From Candidatus Aminicenantes bacterium UBA6228 (lineage in GTDB: Bacteria > Acidobacteriota > Aminicenantia > Aminicenantales > Saccharicenantaceae), in NCBI GenBank assembly GCA_002441005.1, contig DJWO01000001.1:64155-128154 (forward strand): a stretch of 64,000 nucleotides of DNA, written 5' to 3'. The notes beneath the pieces were generated by a model, which saw only the letters and a list, made by a program, of their open reading frames with translations, was not told the DNA's origin and did not search any database. Both the position numbers and the translations under genes were made by a program. This document shows, in pieces, positions 19,265-26,610 of this stretch. Within the stretch, counting starts at the first letter, position 1. The number at the start of each line of letters is the position of its first letter.

Positions 19265-20239
19265 ATGCCAGCCAGAAAAAAAGAGAAAAAGAGCCAGTTT
19301 CGGACCGGTTATGTAGCTCTGGTTGGAAGACCAAATAGCGGCAAATCAACCCTGCTTAATACCCTGATCGGCCAGAAAATTGCCATCGTTTCCAATAAGC
19401 CTCAGACCACCAGAATCAGTTTGCTGGGGATTAAGACTACCAGCCGCGGTCAGATTATTTTTGTTGATAATCCCGGTATTCATAAGCCTTTGCATCTGAT
19501 GAACAGAAGAATGATGAATTATGTTTATTCTTCGCTGGAAACAGCTGATCTGATTCTGCTCCTGATCGAAGCCAATAAAAAATTCGGCCAGGGCGATAGA
19601 TATGTCCTCGAAATCTTGAAAAAGGTCAAGACGCCGGTTTTTCTCTTGATTAACAAGATTGACCTGGTTAAAAAGGATAGACTATTGCCCGTCATTGATA
19701 AATACAAAGATCTTTTCCCTTTTCGTGAAATCATTCCCATCTCGGCTCTTAAGGGCGACAATCTTGACCTCCTGGAAAACTTAATCTATGACTATTTACC
19801 GCAGGCCGAAAAAATATACTCGGATGAAGAGATAACCGATCAATCAGAAAGATTCCTGCTGTCAGAAATAATCAGAGAGAAAATCTTAAATCTGGTGGAA
19901 GAAGAATTGCCCTATACTACCGCTGTGGTCATCCGCTCGATTGAGCGGCCTCAGGCGGCGGATAGCGCTCTGGAGGGGGAAGAAAGTTCCGGACCAAGTT
20001 CATCAGGGAACCAGCCTCTGACCAGGATCAAAGCCGATATCCTGGTCGAAAGGGAAAATCACAAGGGTATTATCATCGGGCGCCAGGGCGGAATGATCAA
20101 GACCATCGGCACCCAGGCTCGAAAAGAAATAGAAGACATTCTGGAAAGCCGGGTCTTCCTCGAGTTAAGCGTCAGAGTAAGAGAAAAATGGCGTGATTCA
20201 GAAGAAGTCCTTGACCTGATTGAAGAGCAAAAAGAATAA
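19265..20239 (+). CDS. era: GTPase Era
   Basis: 324 aa. G1 GRPNSGKST, G3 DNPG, G4 NKID. C-terminal KH domain (IIGRQGGMIKTIG). Roughly 25-aa Ser/Gly-rich insertion between GTPase and KH domains. Confidence 0.9.
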   Translation: MPARKKEKKSQFRTGYVALVGRPNSGKSTLLNTLIGQKIAIVSNKPQTTRISLLGIKTTSRGQIIFVDNPGIHKPLHLMNRRMMNYVYSSLETADLILLLIEANKKFGQGDRYVLEILKKVKTPVFLLINKIDLVKKDRLLPVIDKYKDLFPFREIIPISALKGDNLDLLENLIYDYLPQAEKIYSDEEITDQSERFLLSEIIREKILNLVEEELPYTTAVVIRSIERPQAADSALEGEESSGPSSSGNQPLTRIKADILVERENHKGIIIGRQGGMIKTIGTQARKEIEDILESRVFLELSVRVREKWRDSEEVLDLIEEQKE

Positions 20240-20298
20240 AGCTGAATTAATATTGTCAAAGTTCAAAGCCAGGAACAGTCAATCTTAACTCCTGCTTA

Positions 20299-20327
20299 TT
20301 GACAACTTTCTTGTTTGATGAGAAAAT
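20299..20327 (+). promoter_or_regulatory. Candidate sigma70-type promoter for tRNA-His
   Basis: TTGACA at 20299-20304. 17-18 nt spacer. A-rich -10-like hexamer (gaaaat/aaaatt). About 15-20 nt upstream of the mature tRNA 5' end. Read by eye only. Confidence 0.35.
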
Positions 20328-20342
20328 TCTAATCCTTCCGGT

Positions 20343-20419
20343 GGTGAGTGTAGCTCAACGGTTAGAGCACTGGACTGTGGATCCAGTGGTTGGGGGTTCG
20401 ATTCCCCTCACTCACCCCA
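20343..20419 (+). tRNA. tRNA-His (anticodon GTG)
   Basis: Cloverleaf folded by hand. Encoded G-1 plus acceptor GTGAGTG pairing with CACTCAC. D-arm GCTC/GAGC. Anticodon stem CTGGA/TCCAG with loop CTGTGGA. T-arm GGGGG-TTCGATT-CCCCT. Discriminator C. Encoded CCA. Confidence 0.85.
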
Positions 20420-20509
20420 GTTCCCATCTATTGAAGCGATTGTTCTTTTCTAACCTTTTCTGCCGGTGATAATTTTAGGATGGCTGTGGCTTCGTTAGCA
20501 GCCAACAGA

Positions 20510-21148
20510 CTAAAAGCCTAAACCTAATAACACCGCCAGGCCATTGTTTTTTATGGATTCACCTTCAAAGCTGGAGGTGGCAATATTGGTCAGCCCGAGG
20601 TGATAGCGGCCTTCGATTGATAGTTTAAACTTCTTGATTTTAGTTTCGATTCCGGCGCCCATGGTCAGGCCGATTTCGGTTTTTTTGTACATATCTTTTA
20701 GATCAATTGATTCGCCCTCTCCGCCGGCCGCCGGGTTGAGAACAGCTTTAGCTCTGGTCAGAAAACCAAAAGAAGGACCAGCCATAATGACCGGCTTCAC
20801 CGGCCCGATTTTAACCACCCTCCATTTCAAAAGGAGAAGCCCTTCGAGATAATCAAACTGGTATTGGGCCCGGTATGGAAGATCATCAATATAAAGATCA
20901 AATTTCGTTCCATAAGGCGCATAGAGAACCTCTGGCTGGATAGCTAAAGGTCCCAGATCAAACGAAACAAAGATCCCGCCCGTAAAGCTGAAGCGGTTCT
21001 TAAACTGAGGCAGATCAGGCATGGCCGGACCGACCTTGAGGCTGGTCAGATTAAACCCGCCTTTAAGGCCAACTGTCATTCCGCCCAGATTGCCCGCCAG
21101 GACCAGTATTAAAAAGTTGACCATAACCAGAGTCAAGATTTTTTTCAT
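20510..21148 (-). CDS. Outer-membrane beta-barrel protein (porin/OmpW-like small OMP)
   Basis: 212 aa. N-terminal signal peptide MKKILTLVMVNFLILVLAG. Alternating amphipathic beta-strand pattern. C-terminal LGLGF with terminal aromatic residue typical of OMPs. Confidence 0.7.
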   Translation of the reverse strand: MKKILTLVMVNFLILVLAGNLGGMTVGLKGGFNLTSLKVGPAMPDLPQFKNRFSFTGGIFVSFDLGPLAIQPEVLYAPYGTKFDLYIDDLPYRAQYQFDYLEGLLLLKWRVVKIGPVKPVIMAGPSFGFLTRAKAVLNPAAGGEGESIDLKDMYKKTEIGLTMGAGIETKIKKFKLSIEGRYHLGLTNIATSSFEGESIKNNGLAVLLGLGF

Positions 21149-21285
21149 CTTGCCCTCCTTCTTCCTCAGGCTTTCCTTAAGCTATTTTCCTTCCGGTTAA
21201 TTTAACTTTAAACCATTTTGAGCTTGATTGCCATTAAGATCAGTCAACTCAGGTTGACCGCATCCGGCCGCGCCTCTCCACTTTT

Positions 21286-23985
21286 TCAGTCATCATCTGC
21301 CTGTTCTAAGGTCACCGCCCAATCCGGATAAGGCACCTCAGGCCCTTTGACTGAATGCCAGATAATTTTATTCAGGACAGTTTCCGGGCAAGCATCTATT
21401 ATTTTGAAATTTAACCGGGCAGAAACCAGGGCATTTTTTTTAAGCAGTTGATTCTGGATGTCCTCCGGCCGGGGATTGAGCTCATCCAGCGGAATCCGGT
21501 TGGCCACAGGCATAAACGGCCGGAAATCAGCCTGGCTGGTAAAGCAGTCAAACATAGGACTGGCCGCCGCATCAAACTGATTCATCGGCGTCAGGCCGAG
21601 AATCTGTTCAATTGTCCGGAGGAGACTGGTGGTATTGTAATTAGTCTTAATAACTTCGCCTCTTTTGACATAGGGGCCGGCTAAATAAGCCGTCGTCCGG
21701 TAACCGCTGATATGATCAAAGCCATTTTGAGGGTCATCTTCAATGGCCATAATGACCATTTCGCGCCAGAAATTGCTGTGGCTTAAAGCCTCAATAATCT
21801 GACCGAAAGCCAGATCATTATCGGCCACGGCCGCCCTGGGTGTCGGCCAGCCAGCCCTGGTTCCGCTGGTATGATCTCCTGGCAGGCAAATGAGGACGAG
21901 CGATGGCATCTCGCCTTTCTCCTCCCATTTTTTTACCTGACCCTTGATGTATCTGGCTCTCCAGACATCGGGCACATCCAGGTTCCAGCCGACGTAATCA
22001 CGGGAGGTAAAGGCTTCAATAGAGGGCAGGCTGGGTTTACTGCCTATGATCACTTCCCCTTTTTGGTAGAGATATTCTTCCCAGAAATCCTTCCAGCCGG
22101 GCGCCCCGGCCCTGGCCGGATCTTTCCAGCCGCAGTCCGGTCCGGTAAATTCACCAAAATTCCAGATAGTTAGCCCGTGCCGCCGGCAATTATCCCAGAT
22201 AAAACCAGTCGGGGCATAGGCTAAGGCATCAACTTCATCTTCTCCCATGCCATCTGGGTAACTGCGTGGCCAGCCGGCAAAAGATTTTTCAAGATAATCA
22301 GTCCCAAAGGCTGTCGTTGACCACTGGTGCCCATCAGCGCTCAGAATTCCGCTGCAGTAAGTATTGTCCAGAAGAACGAATTCCCGGACCAATTTATGCT
22401 GATTGGGCGTAACCTCTTCACCAAAGAGGCAAAGAGACGGATTACCATTGCCTTCACCCACATCGCCCAGAATCTGGTCATAACTTCTGTTTTCTTTAAT
22501 GATATAAACTACGTGTTTAATTAAAGAAGGTTCGCCAATTCTTTCCGGTACCGGCACTGGTCTCACTCCGGTCCGTGGTCCTTTTAAAGCCTCTTTGATT
22601 CTTTCCCGGTGAAAACCGGCCAGAACCCGGGAGGTCAATGACTTTAATTGTTTTTTGGCTGGCGGTTTAAAAACTGAGACTGAACCCGTGTACTGGTGGC
22701 TGTTAAACCCTGTCATCCCGGTCTTTTCATCGGTCTGCGGGCGGTCGGCCAGCCCTTTAATATTGGCCACCCAGAGCTGACCGCGCTGTTTGTCCCAGGC
22801 TACGACTCCCGGAAACCAGCCAGCGGGAATCAGGCCAGCCAGGCGGGATTTTTTCTTGCCCGGTCTAAAATCAACCACCGCCACTGCATTCTGAGTACCA
22901 TTGGCTACATAGAGCCACCGGCCGTCAGGCGAAAAGCAAAGGGCGTTGGGTGAAGCCCCGAATAAATCAGCCGGGCTTCTTTTAACCCAGATCGTCTCAA
23001 CCACCTGATCCCTGGCCGTATCTATGACACTGAGGTTATCAGCGGCGGCATTGGCACAGACTATATATTTCTGGTCAGGAGACAGGGCCAGATCGGAAGC
23101 ATGTAATCCGGTTATGATTTCTTTGACCATCTGACCGGAGGCCAGATCAATGACAGAAACCGAGCCTTCACAGGCGAAAAATTTTTCCTGATCAACTTTA
23201 ACCACAGTCCCACGGCCGGCCGGGCCAACTGTATCCCCCGGGCCAGGGCGTCCACCGCCCCAGTTGCTGACATAAGCTTTTGGCCCGAGGAGAATAACCT
23301 CATAAGGAGCCACACCGACTGGCAGCTGTCTTAAAGTTTCACCGCTTCTGGCCTCAATTTCGAGGAGAGTGTTGGATAGATTGCCGCAAACATAAAGCTT
23401 CTGGCCGTCCTGACTGAGAGCTAAGCCAGCTGGAATTTCTTCTTTCCTTCTGGGAGCACCGGCCGGTGGCAGAACAATAGTCTTAAACGGCTTGACCAGG
23501 CCATTCTGGTCCACCGAAAAAACCTTGATACTTCCATTGACATTGCTGAGATAAATATAATGTCCATCAGGAGAGAAAATCAGGCCATTATAACTAAGCT
23601 GACCCCTTTTATCAGGTTCAAGTATGTTGGCCGAGGCCGCTCCGGCCGGAGGTTCAGTTTGCCCTTCAGCCGGCAAATTAACTTTTTGCCTGATTTTTAA
23701 ATCGTCCGGGTCAATGATAATCAGCTCACTGGTTTTGCCAGAGACTGCCACCAGCCGGCCATCGGGAGAAATGGCCAGCCCCTGAGGCCTCAGAGACGGC
23801 AATGGCAGGTCTGAGCCATAAGGAGAAACGGTTTGATTAACTGGCACGACCTGACCCTCAGCTGTTATTTCACCGACTTTTTCTTCCGAGATAGCCGGTT
23901 CATCCGGCCGCTGACAGGCCATCGCCAGTAAACCCAGGCTTAAAACCAGGACGGCTAAGTTCCAGAAGCAAGGCTTTGGTTTCAT
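21286..23985 (-). CDS. Bifunctional lipoprotein: YncE/YVTN-type beta-propeller fused to phosphoesterase-family domain (PLC/AcpA-like, PF04185)
   Basis: 899 aa. Lipobox LLAMAC. Repeated SPDG.xL/YV.N blades (GLAISPDGRLVAVSG, FSPDGHYIYLSN, LSQDGQKLYVCG, FSPDGRWLYVANG). C-terminal IKENRSYDQILGD...DGHQWS resembling the phospholipase C/acid phosphatase phosphoesterase family. Confidence 0.7.
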   Translation of the reverse strand: MKPKPCFWNLAVLVLSLGLLAMACQRPDEPAISEEKVGEITAEGQVVPVNQTVSPYGSDLPLPSLRPQGLAISPDGRLVAVSGKTSELIIIDPDDLKIRQKVNLPAEGQTEPPAGAASANILEPDKRGQLSYNGLIFSPDGHYIYLSNVNGSIKVFSVDQNGLVKPFKTIVLPPAGAPRRKEEIPAGLALSQDGQKLYVCGNLSNTLLEIEARSGETLRQLPVGVAPYEVILLGPKAYVSNWGGGRPGPGDTVGPAGRGTVVKVDQEKFFACEGSVSVIDLASGQMVKEIITGLHASDLALSPDQKYIVCANAAADNLSVIDTARDQVVETIWVKRSPADLFGASPNALCFSPDGRWLYVANGTQNAVAVVDFRPGKKKSRLAGLIPAGWFPGVVAWDKQRGQLWVANIKGLADRPQTDEKTGMTGFNSHQYTGSVSVFKPPAKKQLKSLTSRVLAGFHRERIKEALKGPRTGVRPVPVPERIGEPSLIKHVVYIIKENRSYDQILGDVGEGNGNPSLCLFGEEVTPNQHKLVREFVLLDNTYCSGILSADGHQWSTTAFGTDYLEKSFAGWPRSYPDGMGEDEVDALAYAPTGFIWDNCRRHGLTIWNFGEFTGPDCGWKDPARAGAPGWKDFWEEYLYQKGEVIIGSKPSLPSIEAFTSRDYVGWNLDVPDVWRARYIKGQVKKWEEKGEMPSLVLICLPGDHTSGTRAGWPTPRAAVADNDLAFGQIIEALSHSNFWREMVIMAIEDDPQNGFDHISGYRTTAYLAGPYVKRGEVIKTNYNTTSLLRTIEQILGLTPMNQFDAAASPMFDCFTSQADFRPFMPVANRIPLDELNPRPEDIQNQLLKKNALVSARLNFKIIDACPETVLNKIIWHSVKGPEVPYPDWAVTLEQADDD

Positions 23986-24196
23986 TACTATCTCCAGTTC
24001 CTATAAAGTTCTTCCCTATCCTATAAAAGGCTCAAAATTGCGTCAACAACAGTTTTCTGACCTGCCGGTCAGGAAGAATTTGGAACAATTCTCGTCACAA
24101 TTATCTCAGGAGAAATTTAGAGGTTCTTTTGAGCTTGACTTTATAGATTGCTTTTTGGTTTTACCCTTCATCCAAGGCTCTGAAAGGCTGGATATT

Positions 24197-26506
24197 ATGG
24201 CCATCAGAAGAAAAAGATTAAAGTTCCATCCTTCTTTAAAATCCTATCCTTCTCGCCTGGTCAAGAGGGCACTCCTCCTGGGCCTGTTATTTTTTATCTC
24301 CCTGGGCGGTGCCGCCCTGGCCAGGGGGCCAGAAACCACCTCTTCCAGGTCAGTTTCCATTCGCTATAATCTTGAGCCAGGTCAAGTTATGACCTACTTG
24401 CAGAACCTTGATTTCCAGATCACCTTGGTGGACAATCCGGCTGCTAAATTTAGAGTGAGTCTGGTCTGGCTGGTTAAGACAGCCGTTACCAGCCGGGATG
24501 GAGGCAGGACAAACCTTGTTACCCAGTACAACCTGAAGAGCAAAGACATTTATGGAAAAAAAGAGCTGGAAGCAATCCTGGGCCAGGAGGAAGCCAGAAA
24601 TATTCTTCTCCCCTATGAGCAGGCCAGCCCGGTTTATATCTGGAATTTTTCCACAAATGACCGGGGAAAAATCCTTGACGGCTCCTATAATTTTATTCAA
24701 TCGTTTTCCTTCGTTAATAATTCCATGTCTCAAATCTTCGAACTGCCTGAAGGACAGCTGGAAAACGGCCAGGCCTATGAGGTCGAGGGAGAAGCAGGAG
24801 TTAAGGTCAATTATCTGGGTGAAACGAGCCGGCCGCCTTATGATCTTTACTACTTTACCGGCCTCCATCCGGCCGGCCTGATCATTTACCTGATAAATAA
24901 GCAACTGGGAGTTCCCGATAAGCTGGAGTACACCGTCCACTATTCTGCCGCTGGCCAGAACCGGGAAGAAAAGTTCAGCCTCCTTCTGGCCGGTGTTCAG
25001 AAAAATCAATTAACCGAACTCTATAAAGACCCTGAAATCAAAGTGGCAGTGCTTAAAGCGGCTTTAACTGATAACAACCTGCCTATCTCGACTGACCTCG
25101 TTCAGGAGCTGCTCGAATCGAAAGACACCGAGCTCGAAATTCTGGCTGCTTCGGCCTGCGCTCTGAGAGGCCTGCCACCAAGTCTTAATCTTAAACCTTA
25201 CCTCAAGACCAAAAATCCGGAAGTCAGGTTTAACCTGGCCAAAGCCCTTTATCTTTATGGTGGAGATAGTGGCCCGATGCAGGAGCTGCTGACCAGCTCA
25301 GACAGTTATCTTAAGGAGAGGGCTCAAGCTTTCCTGCAGAAAAGTAATTATGTTCTGGCCGATGAAGACCGCCAGCTTTACTCCACCCTCAGAGACTGGT
25401 TTTATAATTCTGGTCCGGAGATACCGCCTGAACTCAAGAATCTCCCGGTAGAAAAGCTGCGCCGTCTGGTTAATTTCTTAAAACCTGATGGCCAAAGGTT
25501 AAACGGCTTCTTTAAATTCTTTTTGTCTGATTCAGACGAAGACCTGAAGAGGCCCTATTATCTCTATCTCCCTGATGATTATGATCCGGCTGAAAACTTT
25601 CCCCTGGTCATCTATCTTGGCATGGGAGAAGGCCGTGGAGATCTGTCCCTTCTTTCTTTTTATAGCGCCCTTAAACTGGATAACCATCTTTCCAGGTATA
25701 TTCTTCTTGTTCCTCAGGCTTTCGGTCACTGGTGGGATAAAGAGGTAGAAACAGCGGTCAAAAGGACCTGGCGGCAGGTGTTCAATTCTTACAGCCTTGA
25801 TACCAACCGGATCTATCTGGCCGGCAGTTCCAACGGCGGGATAGGAACAATTTACTATGCCACTACTTTCCCTGACCGCTTAGCGGCCCTGGCCGAGAAT
25901 ATGGGTTTCCCGATGGTAGAGCCAAACAACTTTGATCTCAATTCGGATCTGAGCAAGCTGGGCAATTTATTGAACAGTGAAGTTCTGATGGCCCATGGTC
26001 TGGCCGATGACAATATTACTCCAGAAGGGGACAAAAAGGCTTTTGACTATTTGAAAAAGAATGATATTGAGGTCTATTTTAAAACCTTCGAGGAGAAAAA
26101 GCATAACATTGACCCGGCCGATATCATCCACCTGATTACCGGCATTTTCGACCGGAGTGTCCGGAATCCTTTCCCGGCCAGGATCAAAATGATCCTGACT
26201 GATCCCCAATATCTACAAAGTTACTGGATCAAAGTCACCGACTACAAAAGCCTGCCGGCCGAAGTTGAGGCTGAGGTCAAGCATAATGACATCAACCTGG
26301 TAACCAGAAATATAAAAGCTCTGAGACTTTACCTGGATGAAACCTTAATTGATTTCACTCAACCAGTAAAGATAATTATCAATGGCCGGGCCGGATTCCA
26401 GGGCTGGCTGGAGCCGAGCCCCGATAGCCTGCTCCTTTCGGTTAGAGAAAAGGATGACCCAGCCATGGGCTCCTGTGCCATTCTTGACCTGGCCATGCCT
26501 GATTAA
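24197..26506 (+). CDS. Secreted HEAT-repeat / alpha-beta-hydrolase (esterase/peptidase S9-like) protein
   Basis: Start chosen at MAIRRKRLKF (24197), which gives a signal peptide LLLGLLFFISLGGAALA. Central HEAT-like helical repeats. C-terminal alpha/beta hydrolase with nucleophile elbow LAGSSNGG and later HGLADDNITPEGD (Asp/His region). Confidence 0.55.
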   Translation: MAIRRKRLKFHPSLKSYPSRLVKRALLLGLLFFISLGGAALARGPETTSSRSVSIRYNLEPGQVMTYLQNLDFQITLVDNPAAKFRVSLVWLVKTAVTSRDGGRTNLVTQYNLKSKDIYGKKELEAILGQEEARNILLPYEQASPVYIWNFSTNDRGKILDGSYNFIQSFSFVNNSMSQIFELPEGQLENGQAYEVEGEAGVKVNYLGETSRPPYDLYYFTGLHPAGLIIYLINKQLGVPDKLEYTVHYSAAGQNREEKFSLLLAGVQKNQLTELYKDPEIKVAVLKAALTDNNLPISTDLVQELLESKDTELEILAASACALRGLPPSLNLKPYLKTKNPEVRFNLAKALYLYGGDSGPMQELLTSSDSYLKERAQAFLQKSNYVLADEDRQLYSTLRDWFYNSGPEIPPELKNLPVEKLRRLVNFLKPDGQRLNGFFKFFLSDSDEDLKRPYYLYLPDDYDPAENFPLVIYLGMGEGRGDLSLLSFYSALKLDNHLSRYILLVPQAFGHWWDKEVETAVKRTWRQVFNSYSLDTNRIYLAGSSNGGIGTIYYATTFPDRLAALAENMGFPMVEPNNFDLNSDLSKLGNLLNSEVLMAHGLADDNITPEGDKKAFDYLKKNDIEVYFKTFEEKKHNIDPADIIHLITGIFDRSVRNPFPARIKMILTDPQYLQSYWIKVTDYKSLPAEVEAEVKHNDINLVTRNIKALRLYLDETLIDFTQPVKIIINGRAGFQGWLEPSPDSLLLSVREKDDPAMGSCAILDLAMPD

Positions 26507-26610
26507 TTCAGCTCCTGACTCCTGTCTGGTTCCAGATTAATTTCCTTTTTCCTCTCTTCTTGTGCTATAAGCTATAATCTTAAACAAACTAAAAAGTTCA
26601 GGAGTTCAGG

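Noticed and set aside
23986-24196. Sigma54-like TGGAAC...TCG element and cctataaa direct repeat in the divergent promoter region
   Set aside because: It does not match the GG-N10-GC spacing of -24/-12 promoters. The 8-nt repeat is too short to be meaningful.
24350-25009. 219-aa ORF antisense within the 822-aa secreted hydrolase gene
   Set aside because: There is no independent evidence for it. It overlaps a coherent long ORF that has signal peptide and hydrolase motifs.
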